DNA from: Felis catus | Lineage: Eukaryota | NCBI RefSeq assembly: GCF_018350175.1 | Contig: NC_058375.1 | Span: 189,906,001-189,970,000, forward strand | DNA length: 64,000 nucleotides | Direction of reading: 5' to 3' | Shown: one piece after another, positions 34,213-46,565 of the stretch | Numbering within the stretch: the stretch's first letter is position 1 | Layout: every line of letters starts with the position of its first letter | The notes under the pieces: model-generated | Seen by the model: the letters and a program-made list of their open reading frames with translations, nothing else | Told to the model about the DNA's origin: nothing | Database searches by the model: none | Position numbers and translations under genes: made by a program

Positions 34213-34764
34213 GGGAGGAGAATGGGGGAGAGAGGGGAGGGTAATTTGATTGTGGCCTAGAGATTAGGCAGGCTGGCATTACAAAGCACCTCTTTACCCA
34301 GAACCTGAGCACCAGTGTGACAAATCACTGCTTTCTCCCCCTCCCCACCTCTCTGTCTGATTAAGCCCAAACCAGCCAATCACAGCACATGATTTGGGAA
34401 ATATTTCCTCCTTGACATTCTGGAGAACAATCTCTTGCTGAGGAAAAAATACATTATAAAATAAATGGAAAAGCATCAATCAGCTGGGAAAATGTATTCT
34501 ACTGGTTGGAGGCAAGTGATGTTTTTATTTAAATGGGACTGAAGGCAGAGAGGTTTGATTTTTTACTAAGATACCCAAACAGAGCTGGGAAGAATTTGCA
34601 TAGACACGATGTCCTTTCTCCCCTAGATGGGAGTTTCATACAGCAAGATGGACCAGTAGGTAGTTATCAGTGAGGCAGGCTCCACATGGAGGCCAGTAAA
34701 TTACTTGTCCAATTTGGTGTTATTTGGATAAAAGTACAAAAGTAATTTCATTGCCAACAGTCTT

Positions 34765-34789
34765 TTCCTCTCTCTGTTTCTGTTTCTCT

Positions 34790-34832
<43 letters not shown>

Positions 34833-34864
34833 GCGCGCGCGCACGCGCGTGCACATGCACACGC
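34765..34864. repeat. Compound (CT)n-(AC)13-(GC)5 microsatellite with a purine-pyrimidine alternating extension
   Basis: Directly visible; Z-DNA-prone segment 34807-34864. Confidence 0.9.
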
Positions 34865-35706
34865 CTTCCTCAGATGAAAGAATGGTCAAATTGTGGAAGA
34901 GGAAACCTTTTCCCTGTTGGAATGCACCCCGGGCTAGGTTTTAGCGATTGGCTGGCAAGCTTTCATACGGGAGAGGAAGCGGGCCTGGCTGCTAAACCTT
35001 CACGCGGGATAGAACCTACCAAGACGGGATAGGATCGCCTCCGCAGACCTACTCCGTGAGGCCCCAAAACATCTATCAGTCCTCTCCCCCTCCCTCGCTT
35101 CTCATGGCATAACCTTCTACCTTCCTCCTGTCCCCAAAGATAAAGAAACAGCCGTGTTTGTATGACTCATAGGTCCATGAACTCAATCCAGAGGGTAAAT
35201 AACTCACTGAATGAATGAGATATGTCATTTCCAGGCTATAAAAATAATTCACTGCCTCACCTTTTCCTAATGGGGCCTCATGGTCTGGTGCTTTCATGTC
35301 TGTCCGCCGCAGCTGCAGCCCCACAGCCCTTGCTAAGTCCCTCCAGCCCCTCTTGTGCCTATGGACTGACGAGCAAGGACTTGAACCACTCTGAAGGACA
35401 TCTGCCTCTTCCTGGATTGGGGGAAATGTATATATTTATATACATTTCTTTCCATTTGTGATATACCAAGATACCTACAGAGAGATTTTTTTCATGAATT
35501 AATAAAAAATGTGAACATTCTATAGTTTCCTTTTCCTTTCTTAGTTAAAGGACAGAAACTTCCACGACAGAATTATATGTCTGAAGTTTAACCTGACCTG
35601 GTTGTGGGCCAAATAGCGAGGAAGGCTCAACTGATAACCCGTGACTTTTCCCTGCCCAATCCAGGCTCACCACTGTGTGTGCACACACACTCACACCCAT
35701 ACCCAA

Positions 35707-35708
<2 letters not shown>

Positions 35709-35742
<34 letters not shown>
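35709..35742. repeat. (AC)17 microsatellite
   Basis: Directly visible. Confidence 0.95.
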
Positions 35743-35744
<2 letters not shown>

Positions 35745-36308
35745 GCAAACAACCAGATGACCCAGTCCAAATCACCCATTACAGCTCTCATAAAGCAGTG
35801 CCTTTGTTACCTCACTGAGGTCTGCGGCCTCCTAGGACAATGCAGAGAGCCAAACCTCATGGATTCCTTTCACTTGCCAAAAGTCAACTCAGTCATTTCC
35901 TTGGTTACATCTGCTGTCCAGCCCCCAGAGCAGCAAAGACCCTATCTCCAGCTCCCTGAGCTCCATCCAGACTCTACCTCCAAAGTTCCAAGTTTCCCCT
36001 CAGCACCTACCCTCAATACGTCTTCACCCCTCAGTTTTTCAGAAAAAAAGAATGTTTTGTTGTTTTTGCATTTGATTCTTTTTCCCAGCCAGGCTCTGAA
36101 CTCCACTAAAGGCAAGACCCTTTTCTGCAATTACACCGAGCACACACACGTGTGTGCGCGCATACACGCATGCTCCATCCAGAAATGTTCATTGCACAGA
36201 GCCAGCGTTTTGTAAATCTTTGCTATTAAATTTTAGCAATTTCAAGTCCTAAGAGACCGCCAGGAAGAAGGTATTTGGAGGCAGGGCAAGAGTTTGAAAT
36301 CAGACCAG

Positions 36309-36347
<39 letters not shown>

Positions 36348-36348
36348 A
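36309..36348. repeat. (TAAA)10 microsatellite
   Basis: Directly visible. Confidence 0.95.
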
Positions 36349-38066
36349 AAAGAGGGCACTAGAGTTTGGCAAGTTCCATAACCATTCTGACGCTCGGTAC
36401 TCTTGCACGTTAAATGGCGATAATAAGGCTTTGCGCTGGGTGGGTGTGGGAATGAAGAGACCGGGGTGTGTAAGGAGCGAGCCGAGTGGCTGGTCGAGGT
36501 CAGCGGTCAATAGGATACCGTTAGTAGAAAACACATCGTGTTGGCTTCTATGTCCTCATGGGCAGGCCTTGCTACCAACCCAGGACTCGACTCACTGGTT
36601 CCTGGGCTGTGCCGTCTCTGGGCTCACGTCAGGGTCCACTCCTCCCCCCACACGTCCCATTTTCAACACGGCTCTCTGGTCCTGTTTTCCCATCTCCCCA
36701 GTCTCCCTTTCTTTCTTCCTAATTTTGCCTTTGCAAAGCAGTCACTCTAGCACGGTCCCTTCTTTCCAAGACACACAAGAAAAATTAAACATTTGAAACC
36801 CCTTCATTCAGGACATTAGTCCAGGATATCAGGCAGGTTTTCAGGGGCCTGGGGAGACGCTGCCACAAGAGCACCTGGTAACCATCTCCCTAGCAACAGA
36901 GCTCCACTGGCCAACGGACGTTCCTTCTGAAGCTCTAACAGAGTTTTTATTTCCAAAGCATGTCTGCTTCTTCCACTTTGACTAATCAACATCACGTCTT
37001 TCAGTGTGTGTTTGAGTGAAATAACAGATTACTGCTCAACCACAGTTGAATGACGGAGGGGTCTGATGACTCTCAAGAAGAAAAGGCAAAAGACAAAATC
37101 TACAATCGATTTTGTTGAAAAGAAAAAGCTTATAAACCTCTCTTTCTCTGCCTGCCTGAATTCTTATAAACAGTTATGTTTGAAAAACTGATCTCTTGAA
37201 TCATGAACCATTCTCCCCCCCCCCCCCTCCCCCTGCCCCAGCCCCGCGCCCAGGCTCATGAGGACTTTGGGTTATGTCTCTACTTTTCTTCATCTCTTTA
37301 TTTTTGCTTGGAATACTTGAAGCCCTACAAATACAGCCCACGCTTGGCTCACAAAAGTAACACCTAACACTGTCTGATGCCATGTCCAAGTAATTCCTAC
37401 AAGTCTGGTTTTTGAGATTCTGACAACTGTTATGGACTGTGCCTTGTGTTTTCTAGCAGGAATGGTTAAAATGTAGTTTTGAAGACAAATTTCTCAGGTA
37501 AAATGTTTTCCTCTCTCTCCTTTGGAATCTTTTTCTCAGCCTTAGAAAGTTCTCTTGCCATTCTGTGACACCTGGAATTTGTCTGTGCCTCCTCTTTATC
37601 CTTTTGAGCCAGGACTAGGATTCTTGATTTTTTCTAATATACCTAAGGTCCTCATCCACATTTGAGTAAGATATTTAAAACAAACAGAGAAACTCCTTAA
37701 AATGTGTCACCCATTAGTTTCTGGCTCACTTTCTTCTCTAAATCCTCCAATACTTTTGAAAAGGTAAAGTAAGAAAGTGGAACCAGTTCTGTCTTGTATT
37801 CGGTTCTAAATACTTAAATAATTCTTGACTTTAAGTTAAAATGGTATTCATTGTCTGGCAAGGAAGAACACAAAAGAAGCCACGTGCTTGATTTTATGTT
37901 ATTAACATGTGCTGAAAATACATTTGCTTTTGTCTTGCACAAGCTCATTTTCAAGATGATTAACAGAATGGATCGACACAGGATTTTTTTTCTAGGCTTA
38001 AGGAAGAATGTTAAATTGGGGGCAGCTGTATTAACACGTAGGTCTTTGATGGAGTCCTGAAAGTCA

Positions 38067-38080
38067 CCACAAGGTGGCAC
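38067..38080 (+). promoter_or_regulatory. Candidate CTCF site
   Basis: CCACAAGGTGGCAC matches 13/14 positions of CCASYAGRKGGCRS, in repeat-free sequence. Confidence 0.4.
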
Positions 38081-38841
38081 ACTAGCACAACATGAAAAAA
38101 GAAATCGCGTCCCAGGGGCCCAACTCTGTAGTCTCTGTTAATGCCTTGATTTTCCACTTACAAGCAAGAAAATGCCATGGAAACTTTTGTTTCCCTCTTC
38201 GAGGGAAAGAGGAGGGAAAGGGATGGGGAAGGCACAGAGCCCCCTTCCACTGTGTGTTGTGCGCTGCCCCATAACCACATCTGGACATTATAAATCATTG
38301 CGTTGCTGGAATCCAGCATTTTCTGATCTTAGCAACAGCCTCATTCTAAGCAAAAAAGAACCAGCATGTTCTGTTTAGCTTTAAAACAACTAGAATAACA
38401 AAGGAAAGAAAGAAATCATTTTACAAAGGAGAAACCATCAGTGGAGTTTGTTTGACAGCCAGGACGGGGCGAGTAACTTCAGAACCTACCAGGTTGCTGG
38501 TTCCTTAGTCCCTACCTGTAACTTGTTCTGCTTCTCACATAGAGACGTGAAACAGCATCAGAGTTTCCCCTTAAAACTTCTTCTCTGTTCACAACCCTCT
38601 CCAACACCCCGCTCCTCCCTTTTGTTACTCTTACTTTTTAACCTGAGCGATCGCTTGGCATTCCACAGAACCTGCTCGGAAAAGGTGCGACGCTGCTGCC
38701 TTTGGGGAACAAAATCACTTCTGGGCATTCCAACAGCTGTGTTCTAGCTCGGCTGAGTCTGATGCCTCAATCTGTCACCCTCCCGCATTTCCGAGCTCCT
38801 GGATCTCCATGCAAAGTACCTTTAGACCATGTGCATGAGGA

Positions 38842-39013
38842 NNNNNNNNNNNNNNNNNNNNNNNNNNNNNNNNNNNNNNNNNNNNNNNNNNNNNNNNNNN
38901 NNNNNNNNNNNNNNNNNNNNNNNNNNNNNNNNNNNNNNNNNNNNNNNNNNNNNNNNNNNNNNNNNNNNNNNNNNNNNNNNNNNNNNNNNNNNNNNNNNNN
39001 NNNNNNNNNNNNN
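38842..39013. other. Assembly gap
   Basis: 172 N. Confidence 1.
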
Positions 39014-40489
39014 GCCAGCAAGAAATGCTGGCTGAGAGAACAAGCTTTCTGGGCTCTTTGTTTTGCCTTAAAATAAAATAGGTGGAGTGCTGTCAAGCTC
39101 CAGAGTTTTTTCCTTTGCACAACATTAACCTCCATCACCCAATTGGGAATAATAAACAGAAAAGAGTACATCTGTATGGATTGGTATAAATTTACCTTAG
39201 AGGCTTAGAAAACACACAAACACACATATGCAAGCTTAATATATTCAGCAGATCCCCGTCCTTCACAGCTTCTAGTGTGCCTGACTTTCCTGTGAGCTTG
39301 GCCTTAAGACCTTGCAGACTTTGAATCCCATGTATTTCAACGGTGACTTGAGGATGTAGGGTTAGGTCAAAAAAAAATTTTTTTTAAGCTTATTTGTTTC
39401 CTTATTTTCCCTCAGGGCAAAGCTGGACTCCAGAAATCCCAAAATGTGTAATAGCAAAGTGAAGGTCAGGCCCTTAACAAAGGAACTAGGAAAACAGAAT
39501 GCAATCAGAATCATTGTGGTTTCAGGTGTTCTTGAAAATGTAGCCCTGGCTTAAAAATTGATGCTTAAAATAGTTTTGTTTTTTTTTTTTTTTAAATTTC
39601 TGTACTTGTCTAGTCTTTTGGGGGAACGAAAGAAATTACTTCTGTTGGCAAAAAGATAAGCTTTCGTGATGGCCACCGAGCAGGCCGGTGCAAAGCCACA
39701 GGACAGTAAGCTGTCTTCCGTTCTCCTCCATGGCTCAGTAACGCATGCGCCGTCACAGTGACACTTAGCCTGCACCTGGCTGCTGTATCTTGAAGCTGAA
39801 AGCAGAGTTTGAGTTTTTAAGAGGCAAGTTCTGCAAAGCAAGGTGGTTGGCCTTTGTGTTTTGACACACACGCCCAGCCAACTTGACATGGGAACGGCGG
39901 CCTCGGAATACGCAGATGGCCTACTCTGTGTTTGGACCTCTATCGGTGCTTTCTGATCGGTGCACGGTAGTTCGTTCCCCAGGGTCTTCAGAAATGTCTT
40001 CAAAGGATGCACTAGGGAAGTACTTCAGGTTTGTTTCCGCTCATTTGTCGCACTTCTGCTCGATCTTGTGTTCTGTTTTATAATTGCTAGCCTTTTTAGG
40101 TTATGAGCTAACAAAGGCAAGTTTTGTGTTCGAGCTTTGTGCCAAACGGAGTATTACTGTCTTGCAACTGACATGAGCTTTCTTTCACTGGCTTCAAAGT
40201 GAACCGCGTGGCGCACAGTCACAATCACTGAGAAGCTACCTGGAACTCAGGGTCCCCGCTGGACGCCCACGTGAGAGATGGCACCTGTCGCTCCCATTCC
40301 TTCACTGCTCTTTCCTTTCTCGTTGTCACGTCCTGAAACATACAGAATTATGCTTGATCCTGCACCTTAGCCAAGCCGATAGCCCCTTCCTCCCTCATCT
40401 GCTGCATGGTCAATCAAGGAGATTGACTGATTGATTTCCCTATTTGATGACAGAGGCAAAGATTGCCAACAGAAATGAAGACTTGTCTC

Positions 40490-40910
40490 CACAGAGACTG
40501 GTACCTGAATTTTCATAGCACGTTTCTTTATAATAACCCCAAAGTAGAAGTAGCCCAAATACCTATCAGCCGGTGAGTGGGTAAACAGATTGTGGTATAG
40601 TCACACAATGGAAATGCGACAACACAGAAGAACCTGAAAGATGTCAGATTCGGAAGGTTACATGCTGTATGAGTCCATTTGTATAAAATTCTCAAAAAGG
40701 CAAAAAACATAATAACTGAAATCAAGTCAGTGGTAGTCCGAGGCTGGGGGGAGGAGGGGTAGAGAAAGGACAAGAGGGAATTTTTTTGGGTAGATAGTAA
40801 AGTTCTGAACATTACTGTAGTCACAATTACACAAAACTGTCAAAACTCATGAAATTGCACACTTAGAAGAACTTTATTGCACGTTGATTACACCTCAATT
40901 AAACAAAATT
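40490..40910 (+). mobile_element. Old L1 (L1MB/MC/ME-like) 3' end
   Basis: ccccaaagtagaagtagcccaaatacctatc...gggtaaacagattgtggtatagtcacacaatggaa...ctgtcaaaactcatgaaattgcacactta...ttacacctcaattaaa. Confidence 0.85.
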
Positions 40911-42035
40911 TTTAAATCCTTTTTGGATGGATACGTTTTCGTATTTTATAAAACTGCCATACAAGTCAAACACAACAGCTAGAATGAGCCATTTTGTCTG
41001 TTTTGCCTTTATCATATTAGCTTTTCAGCTGCAGTCGAATTTGAAGAAGATCAGAATGATGTCCTGGAACGACAAAGCAAGTCGGTGCAGGTAATAGTAC
41101 CACCATATTCCGTCACACATCCACAGTCTTCCTAAGTTTCTTTACACGACATGTAAACAATGTGAACTTGTTCATGTGAACTTATTAGAAGTCGACGAGT
41201 CAAGCGCCTGGTTCTTCCATTAACCACAACCAAGGTAACCACTCTACGTCATCCTCCTCTCCTTGCCCTACCTGGACGCTAATGACAACTTGCAACCACA
41301 GTCCGCATCCTCGGCTTACCTCGGGAACAGGGCGCAAATTGACGATCGTTTTTCTTTGTGAATTATGACACAGGCGCATCGCCTCACCCCTGGAAGACAG
41401 CAGCCCCTGCCAATCCTCTAAAACAGCCAGGACAGAAATGAGAGACCCGAGAGGGCCTATCTGCTTCCCTGCTGACTCTAATTACCCAGCCGGGAATTTT
41501 ACAATCCCTCCCCCCCCCCCCCCCCCATGTTGTGATGGTCGACTCTGCACTCTGTAGACTTGGCTGGTTTTTTCTTTTGTGTGCCCACTGCTGCCAAGTG
41601 CATTGGGCTCCTAATGAGGTTTGACACTAATGGAGCTGTGAGACAGTGTGATTATGGGTCCTCCCCCCATGCGGCGCAGACCTGGCAGGAAATGACCCCA
41701 GACTCTGCACCCTTCCACCACCCCCCGCCCCCAATTCTGTTGAAACCATCTTCAGCAGCCAGCTGGAGCTCCCCCCCTCCCCCTCTTCTCACTGCAGTTT
41801 CCCCTTCCCTCCATCATCATCCTGCAGGTGGCTGAAAATAAGATTTTATGGCCCGATGCATGGTGGCTTGGTTGACAGCACTGGAGACCTCCTTTCATTT
41901 GGGGGGGGGGGCTGTGGAGCAGGGAGGTGAGATTGGAAATGGGACCCGGGGCCCGTAAAAACAAAGACTTTCCCAACTTGCGTTTAAAAAGTGCTCCAAG
42001 GAAGGGAGGGATCTAGGGAGGTTCTGGCTGTTTTC

Positions 42036-42214
42036 NNNNNNNNNNNNNNNNNNNNNNNNNNNNNNNNNNNNNNNNNNNNNNNNNNNNNNNNNNNNNNNNN
42101 NNNNNNNNNNNNNNNNNNNNNNNNNNNNNNNNNNNNNNNNNNNNNNNNNNNNNNNNNNNNNNNNNNNNNNNNNNNNNNNNNNNNNNNNNNNNNNNNNNNN
42201 NNNNNNNNNNNNNN
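42036..42214. other. Assembly gap
   Basis: 179 N. Confidence 1.
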
Positions 42215-42968
42215 ACTCGCGCGGCTAGGAAGCCGGAGGAAGCCTGTTGCAGGCTTCTCGTGGATCGCTTGCTCGTTACAAAACACTCCCTGCCACACAC
42301 TTGGTCACTGGCCCGTTCTCACATCCACTCCAGCAGGTGATAAGTAATTTTCACCTCACCGTGTCTGGAGAGAGGAATATGTCCCCATTTTATTAACCTC
42401 TATGCTCCTTTTATTTTTATCCCCCAGCAATGTGTCATTCCCGACCCCCGGCCGTGCATCACCAGGACGGGCGCCCCTTCCCTAGCCCCCCTTTGATTTC
42501 TTTCAGTCCATCCCGTTCCCATTTTTCTGTGTTTCCCGAGCGATCGGATATTCCCAAAGCTGTCACCTATTCATCATGTGATGTAAATGCTTGCCTAGGC
42601 CACATTTTCTGTTTCTTGGTGCTCCAGTGTTCTCCCCACAGTCCCCTAAAGGCGACCAAACATCTTTTTAATGTCGCGGAATGCGGACCTCAGAGGGTCT
42701 GTTGGTGGCAAGAAACACGACTTCCCGTTTGGATGTCATTCCCAAACACGTAGGGGAAGTGTTAGTTTAAAGCGTTATTTTTAAAATTACGTTTAAATGT
42801 TAATAAAATCCCATGCTCGCGTTGATCCAAGTATTTAGGACACGTTAAACCTCAATACCTTGCAAGGACAGAAAGAGTCAAAATCCACCAAATAAGCTGA
42901 AGAAGCAGGTCTCTGCTCCATTACCCCTAAAAATGCTCCTTTCTGATCAATGAAGAGAAGGCAATTTA

Positions 42969-43171
42969 CAACGTTTATTTATTTTTGGGACAGAGAGAGA
43001 CAGAGCATGAACGGGGGAGGGGCAGAGAGAGAGGGAGACACAGAATCGGAAACAGGCTCCAGGCTCTGAGCCGTCAGCCCAGAGCCCGACGCGGGGCTCG
43101 AACTCCCGGACCGCGAGATCGTGACCTGGCTGAAGTCGGACGCTCAACCGACTGCGCCACCCAGGCGCCCC
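42969..43171 (-). mobile_element. Young SINEC_Fc-type Can-SINE without a poly(A) tail
   Basis: Perfect 16-bp TSD aagagaaggcaattta (42953-42968, 43172-43187) directly abutting caacgtttattt. Confidence 0.97.
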
Positions 43172-44534
43172 AAGAGAAGGCAATTTAAAGTGACCACCCC
43201 CCCCACCACCACAATATATAAAGTTTCATTTACTGTGCCATTGAATTAAAAACAAGGGCTCGCTATGGCAACCATCCTAACAAGAGGCACTATTCACAGG
43301 CTATCTTGGAAGCCCGGGGTCCGGGGCGCATGAAGCACCTTTCTGAAAGCACTTGTGGGCGAGCTGGTGGCATATGTGTGTTTTATAGCATGCACGAGAC
43401 AGGGCTTGTACCACGAGAGCTTTCTCTGCAATCTGTACTGCTTTTAGAAGGGAAAGGGTAGCTCCAGCAGCTATGTTTTTCTGTAGCTTAGGATTAGTGG
43501 AAATTTAATTGAAAATAAAACACAGACCAACACTAGTGGCTACTAAGAGGAAGAACAAAGAGTTCTTCATTGAGCCAGCCCACCACATGGCAGCTGAGGG
43601 ACTGCTGTGGCCTCATCTGCTCGCTTCAGGGCAGCATCCAGGGCTTGGGAACAATCCACTCTGTTGTCACCCGCCGTGCGGCCCCATTTGTGACCCAAGC
43701 ATTCCTGAAGGAACCAGAGTTTTCTGTAACACGGACAGAGAAGGGTGCGTTTAACGTATACGTTGGTGGGTGTACCCACTTAAGGTGAATGTCTGATTTC
43801 TTCTTACCCCAGTACCCTTTTCTTACATTTTCACCCATACTTTCTAGAGCCGCCTTTGTGCCACACAATATCTCTCAAATCTTTATCTCACTGCCTTTTT
43901 AGTTTAACCTCAGGGAAAGGAATCTTTCCTCCTCTCTCATGCTCTCTCTCTATTCTCCTTCTCCCTCAGTGAATTCTCAGGAAAACATAGATACTAATTA
44001 CAACACACTGTAGGCAAAGATTACGTAAGAATTAAGGGCTGAGAACATTTTATCCACCCGGGGAATACAGTTTCTGGTTAATCTGAGTGGCCCTCTTCAA
44101 GCTTCCCAGGTGTTAGGGATGAGCATTTTTTTCCTGCTGTTTTTTTTTTTTATCCCTTCCTATCCCCCCAATAGAAGCTTCTGTTGTGTTCTGGCATGAA
44201 CTCCTCCAGTGCTGAGCCTCCATGTGAAGGTGACATCTGGCTAAGTGTCTCTCGCCCTCCTGCTTTCTTCTTTAGATGCCAAAGGTCACCCCTCAGTATT
44301 CTCACTGCCTCCTGACCGTAGCTAAAAGTAAAAGTATCCTCCAGCTTGTGATTTCTGGGGAATCCAAGAGGCCAGGCGCTCCTTCCCTAGTTCCTGGGTC
44401 AATTATGTTAGCTGCCTTGATTCAAAGTGACTATGTCCAAAGTACGGCTTTTTCATGAATATGATGCTCAATAATTTAAATCCATGCATTCAGGGGTTTT
44501 TACCCACTTCAGCTTCCACACCATTCAGAGACTA

Positions 44535-44655
44535 TGTCAGAACCCGGTATGGTGCTTTGTGCGTATCCGTGTTAAATAAACGTTTTGCTATGAATGAATG
44601 GGCGGATGGGTGGATAGATAGATAAATGGATCGATGAAGAAATGAATGAATACAA
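44535..44655 (+). mobile_element. L2 terminal fragment
   Basis: ccggtatggtgc...aataaacgttttgctatgaatgaat. Confidence 0.55.
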
Positions 44656-44788
44656 GGTTTGTTCTGCATTGGAAAATAGCAATTTGGTTTAGCCTATTTG
44701 CAGATGAAAAAAAAAGCAGCTTAAAGCACAATTAAAAGTGCCATCTAACTCTTTTGAGGAGCTTGCATGTAAAGAATTCTTTGATTTA

Positions 44789-45011
44789 GGGGCGCCTGGG
44801 TGGCGCAGTCGGTTAAGCGTCTGACTTCAACCAGGTCACGATCTCGCGGTCCGTGAGTTCGAGCCCCGCGTCGGGCTCTGGGCTGATGGCTCAGAGCCTG
44901 GAGCCTGTTTCCGATTCTGTGTCTCCCTCTCTCTCTGCCCCTCCCCCGTTCATGCTCTGTCTCTCTCTGTCCCAAAAATAAATTAACGTTGAAAAAAAAA
45001 TTTTAACAAAA
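44789..45011 (+). mobile_element. Young SINEC_Fc-type Can-SINE
   Basis: Perfect 18-bp TSD aaagaattctttgattta (44771-44788, 45012-45029). Confidence 0.97.
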
Positions 45012-45143
45012 AAAGAATTCTTTGATTTAATGTATACATTAAAAATATTTCAATAGGGGGAAATAAGCAAAAAGAGCCCAGCGAAGCTTTTCTAATTTTG
45101 ACAGTTATGTTCTTAGGGAGGGACACAGATTCCATGTGGAATA

Positions 45144-45468
45144 CAGGTCCACAACTCCTTATTCATCATTCTGAAATCCAAAGAACTGTGACAAATAAAA
45201 GTGTTTCATAACTCATTTGGCAGAAAACCTCACTTGAACTGACACGAGACTATTTACAGGCTTTGTTTATATTTATCCTACCAAGTGAGGCTATTGACAC
45301 ACGCGACTGTGGAAATATTAATGTTTGATTATAGGGGGCTCCAGATGTCCCTGAGGTGTTAAGTAATAGACGGCATATTCACCATATTTATTCCATCTCT
45401 AAAATCTAAAAAAATCTTGCATTTCAATACATATGGCCTCCAAGCATTGAGGAAAGGGATCGGGACTC
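45144..45468. mobile_element. MER46C-like TcMar-Tigger MITE
   Basis: TA-flanked; caggtccacaactccttatt...cataactcatttggc...gaaatattaatg...aagggatcgggactc. Confidence 0.8.
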
Positions 45469-46565
45469 TACACTAACAAAATGCCGCTTTAGTAGTCCGA
45501 GTTTATTCAGTAACTGGAACAGATTGCCAACAAGACAAGACATTCAGAGGTCGTAAATATTGTATATAAAAGATCTTAGTGCTTGAGACCTTACAGCATT
45601 ATATTTTCAAAGCATGAATTCTTCATACGGCAAACATATCCTGAGCACAGGCCAGGCAGCTTCGTGATTATACAGCAAAGACCTCAGAGCAGACTGCTAC
45701 CGTGCTTGTTCTCAGAGAGCTCAGTCTCCTGAATAATTTTATAAGTGGCACAACAATTACTTCCTACGTACCGGAGGCTCTAAACATGCTTCCGTTTTTG
45801 ATCCACTTGAAGCTTTCTTTGTTTCTTTTAATTCTTCTGCATTAAGACCTATGAAAATCACAAAGCGATTTCTTAATTGCAGCCACACTAACCGCTCCCG
45901 ATTTTAAAAGCATGGGGTGTTTTCTATCCCAACGGGGACCGCCCCAGTGCTTCTTCCGTGACCCAGGGTCTTCTGTGGACCAACAGCACCACTGATCGCT
46001 CGGTGCACCTTGACTGGGGACAGCAGTTCCTGGTGGGGTTTGGATCAAAGAAACTTTGAAGTGACAGCTCAAGCCCGGACACCAGCTCTGGAAAGATCCA
46101 TTTCTGCCCCTAAAAAAGCATTTACTCCTGAATTTTAAATGAAATGAAATGAAAAATTCACTGACCGACATCAAATCCCAAGTCTCTCTTGCCAACCTGG
46201 GTGGGAAAAGAAGCGGGTGAGGGCTTGCCGGGCGGGAGGCCGGCTCAGTCAGCACGTCTCAGACAAAAGTCTTGGTTTCGTCGGCGCAGGGCTCCAGAGC
46301 CCAACTTCTCAAAGGCCCCCTTAATGCAAAAGCTACAGATTTCACTGTATCCATAGAAACTGATGTTAAGCAAATTACGTGTCTGGCAGGTGAACACCAA
46401 AAGTGGGAGCCTGGGCCACTTCCGTGAGGAAGCCGTGTGGCACTGTGGCGCTTAGAATGTGTGAAGCTTCTAGACGAAGGTGATTTCTGTGCCTGTGTTG
46501 GGTCTACACCATGGAAGAGTTTCGCTATGTAGTTATTTTGCTGCACTGTGACTCCGTGATCTTTT

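Noticed and set aside
35604-36215. Longest ORF (203 aa)
   Set aside because: It starts at a non-ATG codon, runs through the (AC)17 repeat (HT repeats), and has no recognisable domain.
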